Shown: positions 34,277 through 44,388 of the stretch, one piece after another
How the letters are laid out: each line of letters begins with the position of its first letter
How positions within the stretch are numbered: position 1 is the stretch's first letter
Assembly (NCBI GenBank): GCA_040876265.1
Contig: JBBDPN010000001.1
Span: forward strand, 438,208-502,207
Direction: 5' to 3'
DNA from: Candidatus Woykebacteria bacterium
GTDB taxonomy: Bacteria; Patescibacteriota; Microgenomatia; Woykebacterales; RBG-16-39-9b
Length of the DNA stretch: 64,000 nucleotides
Notes under the pieces: generated by a model
Told to the model about the DNA's origin: nothing
Seen by the model: the letters and a program-made list of their open reading frames with translations, nothing else
Database searches by the model: none
Position numbers and translations under genes: made by a program

Positions 34277-35236
34277 CTACTTAGCTATCTTTACAGCGGT
34301 TTTTTCTTTGGCTTTTTCTTCTTCCAACATTTCTTCCGCGTCCATTGCCGCGATACACCCAGCTCCTGCCGCCGTCACGGCTTGCTGATAATGCCAATCA
34401 TGGACATCACCAGCGGCAAAAACTCCTGGTACTGAGGTTTTGGAATGATCTTTCAACACTACGTATCCTTTTTCATCTAGATCAATCTGCCCTTTCAAAA
34501 ATTCAGTATTTGGTTTATGGCCAATGGCAACAAAGAGACCGTCAAACCCCATCTTACTAGTTTTGTTCGTCCTTATATTTTTCAGTATTACTCCTTCCAC
34601 CTTTGTGTCTCCCAAAACTTCTATTACTTCGCTATTCCAAATGAATTTAATTTTTTTGTTGGCGAAAGCTCGATCTTGAAGAGCTGGAAAAGCCCGGAGC
34701 TCGTCTCTTCTGTGTATCACGTGCACTTCTCGCCCAAATTTGGTCAGAAATAAGGCCTCGCGCATCGCTGAGTCGCCACCACCTACCACAGCTATCTTTT
34801 TATCTTTAAAGAAGGGGGCGTCACAAACTGCGCAAGAAGAAACACCTTTTCCAATAAGCTTCTGCTCGCTTGGTATACCTAACCATTTTGCGCTAGCTCC
34901 AGTCGACAAAATCAAAGTCTTTGCTAAAAATATCTCTGTCGGCGTATATACCTTAAAAGGTCTATTTGAAAGATCGCTCTTTATAACATTAACGTTGATA
35001 ATTTCTGCGCCAAGCCTCTCGGCTTGTTTTCTCATCCGAGTCATCAATTCTGGACCTTGAATCACATCTGGAAAGCCGGGGAAATCTTCCACGTCGGTCG
35101 TGAGCATAAGCTGCCCACCCGCTTCTACACCGGCGATCACAAGAATTTTTAGATTTCCGCGAGATGCATAAATAGCAGCAGTCAATCCTGCCGGACCGCT
35201 ACCGATAACAATTACATCGTAAGTATTTTTACTCAT
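34277..35236 (-). CDS. trxB: Thioredoxin reductase
   Basis: GSGPAGLTAA, CAVCD, GGGDSA, FAAGDV..QAVTAAG. Confidence 0.95.
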   Translation of the reverse strand: MSKNTYDVIVIGSGPAGLTAAIYASRGNLKILVIAGVEAGGQLMLTTDVEDFPGFPDVIQGPELMTRMRKQAERLGAEIINVNVIKSDLSNRPFKVYTPTEIFLAKTLILSTGASAKWLGIPSEQKLIGKGVSSCAVCDAPFFKDKKIAVVGGGDSAMREALFLTKFGREVHVIHRRDELRAFPALQDRAFANKKIKFIWNSEVIEVLGDTKVEGVILKNIRTNKTSKMGFDGLFVAIGHKPNTEFLKGQIDLDEKGYVVLKDHSKTSVPGVFAAGDVHDWHYQQAVTAAGAGCIAAMDAEEMLEEEKAKEKTAVKIAK

Positions 35237-35260
35237 AACTAATCTATTTTAACAAGTCGC

Positions 35261-36325
35261 TCAAGAGCTTTTTGCGAGTTGGTCCTTAAAGAAATCCACG
35301 TTGGGTATCAAACTAGGGTCCGCTTCGTTGGAAATACCCATATAAAAGCTTGTCCAAGAGGAAAAAGTAAGCGCCTCAAAAGCAGCTAGATCCTTTTTGG
35401 CTGCTTTAACTTTGTAGTCTGTGTGAGATAGGCCATATTTATCCAAGAGCTCATTGCCGATTTGCATCCGGGTTTTGATTCTTTCCTCATAAAGATCTGA
35501 CTCGAAATTAAAAAATTTCACCACGTTTTTCAAAGAATCCGGGTAGGTGATACCCTCAAGGAGATGGTGATCGAGTTCTGAAAGGAGAAAATAGCCGCCA
35601 AACACCTTGGCACTTTCATTGATTTGATTAGCAAAAGCGTGGGCATTACCGGCCAAAAAGGGACCAGCAACAACTATAAAAATTTTCCCGAGCATTTCCT
35701 CGGCTTTTTGTTTGGCCACATTGTCGCGGGTTACTGTTTTAACGTCGAATTGTGAATTTAATTTATTGATCAAATATATGACCTCTTCAATCTGACCGTT
35801 GGTGACTTGTACTAGATTTAAATTTGAAAGTATGCCTAAGACCCCAGCTATCGAAAAACCAAGCCCAAGTCTCGGGTTCCCAGATGGATTATATTTAGTA
35901 TCAAATTGGTAAAAAGGCAGCCCCCTTTCGTTTAAATCTGCAATTAATTTTCCGCCAGAGCCGATCCCGACGATTTTTGCTTTTTTTCTTATCGCATCTT
36001 GCAGCGCGGAAAGAGTTTCTTCAGTAGTGCCTGAATAACTAGAAACAATCACCAGTGTATTTTCGTTGACGAAGGATGGAAGGGAATATTCGTTGACGAT
36101 TTGAAACGGAACTGGGATATCGTAGACGCTACGAACAATGTGAGGCCCTAAAGCACTACCACCCATGCCAGCCACGACTATGTTCTGGACGCTCTTGTAG
36201 CTTTCTGGAATTTGGAGGGTTTTACTCCCTTCCCAAGCCGATTTTACCTGGTCTTTCAAAAACATGATGGAACCGGCCATGTCTTTGGAGTCAATTTTTT
36301 TTATTTTGCCGATATCATCTAGCAT
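35261..36325 (-). CDS. Bifunctional phosphoglucose/phosphomannose isomerase (SIS domain)
   Basis: AGMGGSA, SSYSGTTEETL, QINESAK, ELDHH. Confidence 0.85.
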   Translation of the reverse strand: MLDDIGKIKKIDSKDMAGSIMFLKDQVKSAWEGSKTLQIPESYKSVQNIVVAGMGGSALGPHIVRSVYDIPVPFQIVNEYSLPSFVNENTLVIVSSYSGTTEETLSALQDAIRKKAKIVGIGSGGKLIADLNERGLPFYQFDTKYNPSGNPRLGLGFSIAGVLGILSNLNLVQVTNGQIEEVIYLINKLNSQFDVKTVTRDNVAKQKAEEMLGKIFIVVAGPFLAGNAHAFANQINESAKVFGGYFLLSELDHHLLEGITYPDSLKNVVKFFNFESDLYEERIKTRMQIGNELLDKYGLSHTDYKVKAAKKDLAAFEALTFSSWTSFYMGISNEADPSLIPNVDFFKDQLAKSS

Positions 36326-36326
36326 G

Positions 36327-36941
36327 TTACCCGGACCCACAAGCGGCTAAAGGTTCTGGGGAGTTATTTTTATTATTCGCCAAAAAGTCGCTGATTTGCT
36401 GCTCATCAAATTCCTCAAGCACCAAAAGTCTTCCCCAAGAAGCCAGCGCAATCGGATCGTCATTCTTAACTCTGGGCGAAAGCAGTACCTTGGTTGGGTT
36501 TTGCCCAACCAATTTTGCTAAATTTGCAGCTAGCTCCTTATCGTTTTTATCTTTGTAAGTGATCCAGACTGCTCCGTGCTCCAAGCTATGAATCGCCGCT
36601 TCATCTGGTACCTCTTCAGAGTAAATCTTACAATCAGCTGGAGTTGGCCAGTGAGGACCGGACGTCGGCGGGTTGCTGTTGTAAGGAGCGTGGTTGGTAG
36701 ACCCTTGAGCTATATGTTCTCTGCCCTGGATGGGAATTTCCTGTCCGGCCAAAGCTTTTTCTGACACAGGTCTGGTGAAAACAAAGATGACAGCACCTAC
36801 TATCACCACCGCGATAGCAAAAATCACGATTTTAGTCATATTACTCCTTAATCGATCCGAAGACCCCTCCTCTTGCCGCAGCTTTTTCGCCAGTTCTTTT
36901 CTTTCTTTTTTTGTCAAAGAGTCAAAATCTTTTTTCGCCAT
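36327..36941 (-). CDS. DUF3105 domain membrane-anchored protein
   Basis: YNSNPPTSGPHW, IHSLEHGAVWITY, ALASWG. Confidence 0.85.
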   Translation of the reverse strand: MAKKDFDSLTKKERKELAKKLRQEEGSSDRLRSNMTKIVIFAIAVVIVGAVIFVFTRPVSEKALAGQEIPIQGREHIAQGSTNHAPYNSNPPTSGPHWPTPADCKIYSEEVPDEAAIHSLEHGAVWITYKDKNDKELAANLAKLVGQNPTKVLLSPRVKNDDPIALASWGRLLVLEEFDEQQISDFLANNKNNSPEPLAACGSG

Positions 36942-36950
36942 TTTTACTCA

Positions 36951-37214
36951 TTAAGAAATACCGATCGACTCGTTTAATTTTTCCTTATCGAAACCAAGGA
37001 TCTTGACCATACTTCCATCTTCTTTGGTAACTTCCGTAAAAGGGACTCCCATCTGGCCACTTTCCTCGAGCATTTGCTGAGCAGCGGTATCATCATTATC
37101 AACAAAAACGTTTTCGTATTTCACTCCCTTGGAATCCAAATAATCCTTTTCCATTTTGCAATATGGACAAGTTGTCGTAGTGTAGATCTTAATTTTCATG
37201 TCATTAATCTCCAT
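36951..37214 (-). CDS. Glutaredoxin-like (NrdH/YruB) protein
   Basis: YTTTTCPYC, SGQMGVP, GFD. Confidence 0.88.
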   Translation of the reverse strand: MEINDMKIKIYTTTTCPYCKMEKDYLDSKGVKYENVFVDNDDTAAQQMLEESGQMGVPFTEVTKEDGSMVKILGFDKEKLNESIGIS

Positions 37215-37216
37215 AT

Positions 37217-38182
37217 TTACTTAACCATGTTCGGTGGTTGTTTACCCTCAAGAGCAGCAATTATATTTTCGGCAGCAATTCTACTCATCGCATTTCTCGC
37301 CTCTGCGGTTGCACTAGCGGTGTGCGGAGTCAAAACAACATTTGGTAGGTCAGCTAACCCTTCAGCTAATTGTGGCTCGTTCTCAAAAACATCCAGACCA
37401 GCACCAGCTATTTTTTTTGACTTCAAAGCCTCTACCAAGGCACGCTCGTCAACTACTGGACCCCTGGAAGTATTGATCAGAATTGCGCTCTCTTTCATTA
37501 GACCCAGCTCTTTAGCACCAATCAAATGATGGGTGGCAGGAAGAAGCGGCACGTGGACAGTAACAAAATCTGATTGCTTTAGCAGCTCTTCTATCGTACG
37601 GAATTTAGCCGAAAATCTCATTTCAAACTCTTCATTCTTATTTACATCGTGATAAAGAACTTCCATATTGTACCCACCGTGGGCTATCTGAGCCACGAAA
37701 GAACCAATCCTACCAAGCCCCACAATACCAATACTCTTACCCCAAATCTGCGGCCCCAAAAACCCCATCGGCTCCCACTGCTTATATTTTCCGTCGCGAA
37801 CAAATTTATCAGCTTCGGCAATATGTTTGGCTGCCGCCATAAGAAGTGCAAAAGTGTGCTCGGCTACTGCTTCAGTCAACACACCAGGCGTATTTGAAAC
37901 AAAGACTTTCCTTTCGCCGGCTGCTTTCACATCAATATTGTCATAGCCGACTGCATAATTTGCTACGATTTTTAGCTGCTTCCCAGCAGCGTCTAGAATA
38001 TCTCCATCAATTTTATCGGTAAGTAGACAAAGAACAGAATCGTAACCCGCGACTGCTTCTTTTAATTCTTCTTTGGAAAGGACACGATCTTGCGGATTTA
38101 TATCAACTTGAAAACCTTTTTTGTTTAGGAGTCCAATACCTTCTTCTGGTATCGTGCGAGTAACAAAAACTTTTTTGGCCAT
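37217..38182 (-). CDS. D-2-hydroxyacid dehydrogenase (glyoxylate reductase / D-glycerate dehydrogenase type)
   Basis: AVGYDNID, NTPGVLT, GLGRIG, INTSRG, LDVFENEP, TPHTASA. Confidence 0.9.
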   Translation of the reverse strand: MAKKVFVTRTIPEEGIGLLNKKGFQVDINPQDRVLSKEELKEAVAGYDSVLCLLTDKIDGDILDAAGKQLKIVANYAVGYDNIDVKAAGERKVFVSNTPGVLTEAVAEHTFALLMAAAKHIAEADKFVRDGKYKQWEPMGFLGPQIWGKSIGIVGLGRIGSFVAQIAHGGYNMEVLYHDVNKNEEFEMRFSAKFRTIEELLKQSDFVTVHVPLLPATHHLIGAKELGLMKESAILINTSRGPVVDERALVEALKSKKIAGAGLDVFENEPQLAEGLADLPNVVLTPHTASATAEARNAMSRIAAENIIAALEGKQPPNMVK

Positions 38183-38279
38183 AATTAACCTCTTTTCAAT
38201 TGTAACATGAGATAAATAGTCAGCAACAAGGTAAACCCAAGGTGACTAGTTTCGAATGTAGCTTAACCCAAAAAATTAA

Positions 38280-39542
38280 TCAGACCTTCCTTACGTCAAA
38301 CCAGCCGTCCAATAGATGTTTTATAACGGTGCTTTCCAATTTTTCGACACCAAAAAAATTGATAAAAATTTTATTCCACAAAGCTTCGTGAAAATGATAG
38401 CTATACCAGTCTTTATAGTGTAAGCCGTTCATCACACTCATTATATTATCCATCAAATTAAAGTTTGTAAGGATTTGGTCCCCTTTTTTACTAGGGAACC
38501 AAACAGCGACATAATTGGTGTGCTCCCAAATACCGTAATTAAGATTGGGGATTATCTTTGCCATCTTGAGTAGCGTATGAGAAGACCCTCGATGATATAG
38601 AGCCTCGGGATTTATATGAGCGGTCGCAAGTCGTGGGTCTTTTGGATCTTCTTTAAATAAATAGCGTTGGATAACAAGCCATTTATTTGGGCCGCCCTTT
38701 GATAAAGAGATGTCGGGTACATCTCCGCGAATAGCGCTTACAATTTTCTCCCCGAAATCTGGCCCATCCGAATAATATTCAAAATAATCGGAGTAAAGAT
38801 TGACCTCATCTAGATAGTGGCTGGTCATGCCAAAAAGATAGAGAGTTATCACTTCCTGCATTTTTTCTCCTGGTACCACAAAAATCATCCCCAACTCTTT
38901 GAGATGACTCATTGGGTGAAGCTTCTTTTTCAGAAAAGCCTGTGTTACCTTCCTCCATTTTTTCGCCTCTAAGACTCTTATCTCAATCGGCCGGATTTCA
39001 AAATCCTCTTTTTTGAGCTTCCTATATTCGGCGATATAAGTATTATTTAGCCACTGTCTATCTTCTATAAACCTCAAAGCGGCGTAAATTTCAAACAACT
39101 CCTCCTTAGCCAACATGTCCTCAACATTTTTATAACCAAGTTCTTTCATGATATTGGCTGGTGGGTTTCGTCGCATTAACTCCTCAGCGACATTCCTTTT
39201 TAGGAAAAACCCTGACCTATCGCGATGCAATGCAAGAACAGACGAGATTAAGTTGGCACAACCCTCATTGGTGGTGCAAACCGGTTGATCAAGTAGTTCG
39301 AATATCTGGCTATCTAAATTTTTAACGCTTGTTTCTACTTCTTTGTAGATCTCTTCAACAGTTGGGTAAGTAAGTTTCAAATGAGAAAGAATCTTTTTTA
39401 CTTTTTCTTGATTTTCCTCGAAGAAATTCTCAAGAACGTGTTTTTTATCAGTTATCTGCTCTAATGCCTCTATAGTCTCCCCAAAAATATCGGGATCTGT
39501 GTTTAATTGGTTAGCAAAAAATTCAACTACTGTACTCCTCAA
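38280..39542 (-). CDS. Hypothetical protein coupled to the pfkB-family kinase
   Basis: 420-aa ORF with a 4-nt overlap with the upstream kinase; no family recognised. Confidence 0.7.
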   Translation of the reverse strand: MRSTVVEFFANQLNTDPDIFGETIEALEQITDKKHVLENFFEENQEKVKKILSHLKLTYPTVEEIYKEVETSVKNLDSQIFELLDQPVCTTNEGCANLISSVLALHRDRSGFFLKRNVAEELMRRNPPANIMKELGYKNVEDMLAKEELFEIYAALRFIEDRQWLNNTYIAEYRKLKKEDFEIRPIEIRVLEAKKWRKVTQAFLKKKLHPMSHLKELGMIFVVPGEKMQEVITLYLFGMTSHYLDEVNLYSDYFEYYSDGPDFGEKIVSAIRGDVPDISLSKGGPNKWLVIQRYLFKEDPKDPRLATAHINPEALYHRGSSHTLLKMAKIIPNLNYGIWEHTNYVAVWFPSKKGDQILTNFNLMDNIMSVMNGLHYKDWYSYHFHEALWNKIFINFFGVEKLESTVIKHLLDGWFDVRKV

Positions 39543-40543
39543 ATGTGTACCCTTACTTTCTTCTTCACAGCTACTTTGGTAACTTTCAATTTGTCTTTAA
39601 ATGGCTTTTGCCCTCTTTTCAAAATTCCCTTTTTCGCGCCAAAATAATTCACTACCGAAGAGCCGTTGTCTGTTGCAAGCTCCAAAGCCCCTTCCACATC
39701 GCCGTATTTTATCAGGCCGGCCACAAACCCGGAAGCAAACGCATCGCCGGCGCCTGTCCGCTCTACCGCTTTATTATCATGGGTGTTGACGTGGTAAAAA
39801 TATCCCCTGTCGCACGCAGTTGCACCAGAAAGCCCATCTGTTATAACCCCAATACCATTAACTAAGAGGCAGAGCTTTTTAGAAATTTTTTCACGATCAG
39901 CCGCTGATATACCTATCAGAGATGCCGCTTCTTCTCGGTTCATAATTAAGCAGTCCGCTTTAGAAAAAATAGAGGAAAGCTGCTTTGCTCCTTTTGCAAG
40001 TTCTTGGCTGCCAGGAACTAAGGCTATCTTTGCCTCATTTTTTTCAGCCCAATCAACCAGTTTTTTTAGTAGTTCTATATTTCCACCCAGACTACTAATA
40101 AATAGCCATTTTGTATTTAATTTATTTTTCGGTAGGAAGCTGTGAGGAAAATGTGCGCTTGCCCCTCGATAAACCAGTATCGTTCTTTCGCCGTTGGTGG
40201 CAACAACAATTATAGAGTAGCCGGTATAATTTTCCCTGTCGTGTACGACTAGTGATGTATCAACCCCCTCGCTACGTAAAGATCCCACCACCGCCCTACC
40301 ACCGGGATCATCCCCGATCCTAGTAATACATGCAGTTCTTAACCCCTGACGAGCAAATGTTACGGCGGCATTCGTAGCGCCGCCGCCAGTTTCAAAAATA
40401 ATGTTCTCGACCGAAAGTTTTGCTCCCAACGGTAAAACAAGATTTGACTCTCTACGACCATTACCGGATCGTTTTGCCTGGAAATCTTTTGAAGTGAGAA
40501 AGACGTCACGCGTCGCCGCGCCTATTGCTAAACAATCATACAT
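39539..40543 (-). CDS. PfkB/ribokinase-family carbohydrate kinase
   Basis: TGGGATNAA, GERTILVYRGA, NREEA, RTGAGDAFASGF. Confidence 0.9.
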   Translation of the reverse strand: MYDCLAIGAATRDVFLTSKDFQAKRSGNGRRESNLVLPLGAKLSVENIIFETGGGATNAAVTFARQGLRTACITRIGDDPGGRAVVGSLRSEGVDTSLVVHDRENYTGYSIIVVATNGERTILVYRGASAHFPHSFLPKNKLNTKWLFISSLGGNIELLKKLVDWAEKNEAKIALVPGSQELAKGAKQLSSIFSKADCLIMNREEAASLIGISAADREKISKKLCLLVNGIGVITDGLSGATACDRGYFYHVNTHDNKAVERTGAGDAFASGFVAGLIKYGDVEGALELATDNGSSVVNYFGAKKGILKRGQKPFKDKLKVTKVAVKKKVRVHI

Positions 40544-40594
40544 GGGCAGTCCAATAAGTACATTATATCTCGCTGGAGAAACAAGCGCGAGATG

Positions 40595-40614
40595 CCTGCC
40601 TGTCGGCAGACAGG
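40595..40614. repeat. Short palindromic REP-like element
   Basis: CCTGCCTGTCGGCAGACAGG, next to the hairpin ATCTCGC..GCGAGAT. Confidence 0.5.
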
Positions 40615-40656
40615 TAACCTTGCATTCTAATTACTGAAGAAATAACCAAAAGTGGA

Positions 40657-41526
40657 TCAATTTACTTTTCCGGCCGAACCATACGCATCAATCTTCTCTG
40701 AAACTACTTTCTTCACTTCCTCCACTACTTCAGGAAGCATTTTATACATTGCGTATTGTTCCTCATTTTCTTCCAGAACGTCCTCTAAACTATCCTTAAA
40801 TGCTTTTCTCATCTCAGTATTTATATTTACTTTTACAAATCCACCCGCTGCAATTGCTTTTTTTATCTCTTCGTTTGGTATCCCGCTACTCCCGTGGATT
40901 GAAAGAAAAGTATTGGGCACAGCTCCCTTGATTTCCTTAATTAAGTCGAAATCCAGTGGTGGTTGCTGCGGAAAAATACCGTGGATATTTCCAAAAAGAG
41001 TGGCGATGGTGTCCACACCACTTTCTGAGACAAATTTTTTGATCACATCTGGTTTGGAAAATGTTTGCCGCAGCTCATCCATGCTTATCTGCTCTTTATA
41101 AACTTCCGAAGATTTTCTTGCCATTCTATCTATCTCGGCTTCGACTAACAAATTTTTGGCGTGGGCCGCCTTTACCACTTTCTTGGTTATTTCAAGATTT
41201 TCCTGATAGGCAAGCGCAGAACCATCGAAATGGATCAGATCATATCCAGCCTCTATTCCCATCATGCAATCTTCGAGTTTTTCTGAATGGTCTAGGTTTA
41301 CAAATATCGGTATGCTAAAATCTTCGGAATAATTTTTGGCAATATCTACCATATTATCTGCGTCCATCCACTTTGTTTCACCAGGAGATGTTTCGATAAT
41401 TATGGGGGATCTTTTTTCACCGGCAATTTCAGCCACTGCCTTAAAAGTCTCAAGATTCCCGACATTAAACGCCCCTATTGCGAAGTGCTCCTCCTTGGCC
41501 TTTTGTAACCACTCCTTTGCTGTCAC
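40657..41526 (-). CDS. fba: Class II fructose-bisphosphate aldolase
   Basis: AIGAFN, NLDH, FDGS, EAEI, GNIHG, IHGSSG, KVNINTE. Confidence 0.85.
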   Translation of the reverse strand: MTAKEWLQKAKEEHFAIGAFNVGNLETFKAVAEIAGEKRSPIIIETSPGETKWMDADNMVDIAKNYSEDFSIPIFVNLDHSEKLEDCMMGIEAGYDLIHFDGSALAYQENLEITKKVVKAAHAKNLLVEAEIDRMARKSSEVYKEQISMDELRQTFSKPDVIKKFVSESGVDTIATLFGNIHGIFPQQPPLDFDLIKEIKGAVPNTFLSIHGSSGIPNEEIKKAIAAGGFVKVNINTEMRKAFKDSLEDVLEENEEQYAMYKMLPEVVEEVKKVVSEKIDAYGSAGKVN

Positions 41527-41604
41527 TCAAAACCTCCTGCCCCGCGAAGTTTTAACGAAGTGGGGTCTTTTCTCGCTTTTCCCAACCATTCACGCGCGCT
41601 CATA

Positions 41605-42033
41605 TTACTTTCCAGATAAACTTACTAGAAATACCGCGATCATAGCCAGCACAACCCCGCCTACTTGGGTCAGGGTGAGCTTTTCATTTAAAAATGCTAC
41701 CGCTAAAATCACCGTAACCACTGGGTAGATGGCCGTCAACGGTATTAGAATAGAGGCTTGTTCTTGCTTCAAAAGCGGAATAAAGATGAGTGTCCCAATA
41801 GCCCCAGCCAGACCACCAGCTAAACTAAAAAGGACACCCGATTTATCTAAATTTAGAGGAAAGAGCTGCTTAGTTGCCAGCATAAAGCCGATCATAATAA
41901 TTGGAAAGGTAAAGAACGTACCCCAAATTGCCGATTGGAGTCCGAGTTTGTTGGCGGCTATTTTACTAAAAAGTCCCCACAAACCCCAGAAAAAAATTAT
42001 TGTTAGTGTCCAGAACACAAACGAAAGCTTCAT
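41605..42033 (-). CDS. EamA/DMT-family small transporter
   Basis: About five TM helices; FWGLWG.F.K, ASILIPL...YPVVT..LA..FLNEKLT. Confidence 0.82.
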   Translation of the reverse strand: MKLSFVFWTLTIIFFWGLWGLFSKIAANKLGLQSAIWGTFFTFPIIMIGFMLATKQLFPLNLDKSGVLFSLAGGLAGAIGTLIFIPLLKQEQASILIPLTAIYPVVTVILAVAFLNEKLTLTQVGGVVLAMIAVFLVSLSGK

Positions 42034-42034
42034 T

Positions 42035-43015
42035 TTATCTTTTCCTTTTGACTACAGTTCTAGCTGCTTCTTTTATTTTCTTCACACTCATGCCGTATTT
42101 CTCTAGGAGTTCTTCGGGGGCACCGGATTCACCGAACGTATCGGTCATGCCGATGCGCTCCATAGGAGCCGGGAAGTTTTCCGCCAGCACCTCAGCGACA
42201 GCCCCACCTAGACCGCCATTGATTTGGTGTTCCTCAACTGTAACAACGGCTCCGGTTTTTTTGGCACCAGAAGCGATGGTAAGCTTGTCTATTGGCTTGA
42301 TGGTGTGATTGTTGATAACTTCGGCACTTATTCCGTCTTTTTCTAGTTCTTTCGCTGCTACCAGTGATTGGTAAACTAACGGGCCGCAGGCAATTATGGT
42401 CACGTCCATCCCATCACGAAATACTTCTGCTTTTCCTATCTTGAATGGTGTATCTTCGCTTGTTATAACCGGCGTTTTTTCGCGACCGAATCGAAAATAT
42501 GCCGGCCCTCTGTGTTCGCCGATGGCGATGGTTGTTTTTTTCGCCTCAATAGAATCGCATGGCACTTCCACTACAATATTCGGTAACACCCGCACTGAGG
42601 CAATATCTTCCAGTGCTTGGTGAGTCGCGCCATCTGGTCCCACGCTAATTCCAGAGTGGGCACCGGCTACTTTCACATTTGCTTTGGAATAGCAAACACT
42701 GACACGTAGTTGGTCCCAACATCTACCTGGAACAAAAACAGCGTAGGAGGAAACGAACGGAATTTTCCCGCTAAGGGCAAGTCCAGCGGCAATTCCCATC
42801 ATATTTTGCTCGGCTACACCAACCTCAATAAACCGCTCCGGGAATTTCTCCTCAAATTTGTTTGCGCGAGTAGAAGCGGAAAGATCGCCGGTAAGAACCA
42901 CCACGTTTGGATCTTTCTCACCCAAAGCCACCAGACCCTCGCCATACCCATCACGGGTCGGTATCGCTTCCACTTCCGGATCAAAAAGTTTTGGGTTTAA
43001 CTTGACACTACTCAT
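42035..43015 (-). CDS. Transketolase, pyrimidine-binding/C-terminal subunit
   Basis: GVAEQNM, DGATHQ, EEHQINGGLG. Confidence 0.93.
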   Translation of the reverse strand: MSSVKLNPKLFDPEVEAIPTRDGYGEGLVALGEKDPNVVVLTGDLSASTRANKFEEKFPERFIEVGVAEQNMMGIAAGLALSGKIPFVSSYAVFVPGRCWDQLRVSVCYSKANVKVAGAHSGISVGPDGATHQALEDIASVRVLPNIVVEVPCDSIEAKKTTIAIGEHRGPAYFRFGREKTPVITSEDTPFKIGKAEVFRDGMDVTIIACGPLVYQSLVAAKELEKDGISAEVINNHTIKPIDKLTIASGAKKTGAVVTVEEHQINGGLGGAVAEVLAENFPAPMERIGMTDTFGESGAPEELLEKYGMSVKKIKEAARTVVKRKR

Positions 43016-43919
43016 GCTCGCCTGTAATCTTTCCTCTCAGTGAACGTAATTCGTCAAGAGCGGATTTTGCTTGATCCTTCTTAGCCGGATCGCCGGGTAC
43101 TTCCAAAGTTCCCGGAGGATTGCCGTGCCAGCGATAGTCAAACTCCATCCAACCGACTCCCTTACCTGGGATCGTATGAGCAATGATCATCACTGGCTTT
43201 TCGTAGATTGCCTTTGCTTCACTACAGGCATCAATTATTTCTTGAATATTGTGGCCATCCACATCAATCACGTGCCAATTAAAACTTTCATACTTTTCAC
43301 GCAAGGGCTCTAGCGGCATCACGTCCTCGGTCATTCCGTCTATTTGAATGTTATTGCGATCAATAATCCCGGTGATTTGAAACAGCCGGTTTTTACCAGC
43401 AAACATCACCGCTTCCCATATCTGTCCCTCATCATGCTCACCATCAGACATAAGGCAATAAATCCAATGTTTCTTTCCATCCATTCGTGCCGCAAGCGCC
43501 ATACCGACAGCTTGGGAGAGGCCTTGACCGAGTGGCCCGCTGGAATTTTCCACACCAGGAGTCGTTCCAACATGTGGGTGGCCTTGAAGGCGGGAATTTA
43601 ATTTTCGCAAAGTCCCCAGAGCTTCTTCTCTAGAAAAGTAGCCCGAGTGGGCAAGTGTTGTATACAAAACCGGAGCGATGTGGCCGTTGGAAAGGACGAC
43701 TCGGTCACGTTCGTCCCAATTTGGTTTTTGGGGATTGTGATTGAGGACTGCAAAATAAAGGGCGGTGAAAACATCGGCCATTCCTAGTGGCCCAGCGCTA
43801 TGGCCACTACCAGCCTCCACCAACATCTTGATAATATCCTGACGAATATCATTGGCGATTTTTTCGATCTCACCTATATGAGTATGCTCTCTGTGCTGTG
43901 GTGAATGCCTTTTATCCAT
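43008..43919 (-). CDS. Transketolase, N-terminal TPP-binding subunit
   Basis: GSGH, DRVVLSNGH, LQGHP, GPLGQG, SDGE..EGQ.WEA. Confidence 0.93.
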   Translation of the reverse strand: MDKRHSPQHREHTHIGEIEKIANDIRQDIIKMLVEAGSGHSAGPLGMADVFTALYFAVLNHNPQKPNWDERDRVVLSNGHIAPVLYTTLAHSGYFSREEALGTLRKLNSRLQGHPHVGTTPGVENSSGPLGQGLSQAVGMALAARMDGKKHWIYCLMSDGEHDEGQIWEAVMFAGKNRLFQITGIIDRNNIQIDGMTEDVMPLEPLREKYESFNWHVIDVDGHNIQEIIDACSEAKAIYEKPVMIIAHTIPGKGVGWMEFDYRWHGNPPGTLEVPGDPAKKDQAKSALDELRSLRGKITGEHE

Positions 43920-43936
43920 ATGGGCAGTACTAAATT

Positions 43937-44377
43937 TTACTCCACAGTAATTGTGCCTCTTTGTCCAGAATTCAAATGGTTATGATAGCCGTGTGGCCCT
44001 GCCGTAGTCATAGTTACATTTGCTTGTTCTCCAGGCTGCAAAGTTAAAACAAAACCATCACCAGAAAGTTCCCTATCACCGGTGTGGATTGGATGTGGAT
44101 CTACACCGACTTGCACCTCTTGATCACTATTATTCATCCAAGTGATCGTGTCCCCAGATTTGACAGTCACATCTGAAGGCGAGAATCCGCTTGAAGTGTA
44201 AGTAATAGTAGTAGCCTCTTCGCTTTGCTCACCAACACCCGCTGAAGGTGTAGCCGAGGTAGTTGCGGTTGGCGCTTGGGTAACTTCAACATCTGGTTGA
44301 TCCGAAAAACTACGGAACAACAAAAACCCACCAGCGATCACAATTATAATAATTATCGCAATCAACAAATTACGCAT
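43937..44377 (-). CDS. Membrane-anchored cupredoxin-domain protein
   Basis: GFSP..VTVK.GDTITW.N..DPHPIHT..YHNHL...RGTITVE. Confidence 0.78.
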   Translation of the reverse strand: MRNLLIAIIIIIVIAGGFLLFRSFSDQPDVEVTQAPTATTSATPSAGVGEQSEEATTITYTSSGFSPSDVTVKSGDTITWMNNSDQEVQVGVDPHPIHTGDRELSGDGFVLTLQPGEQANVTMTTAGPHGYHNHLNSGQRGTITVE

Positions 44378-44388
44378 ATTTCAAAAGT

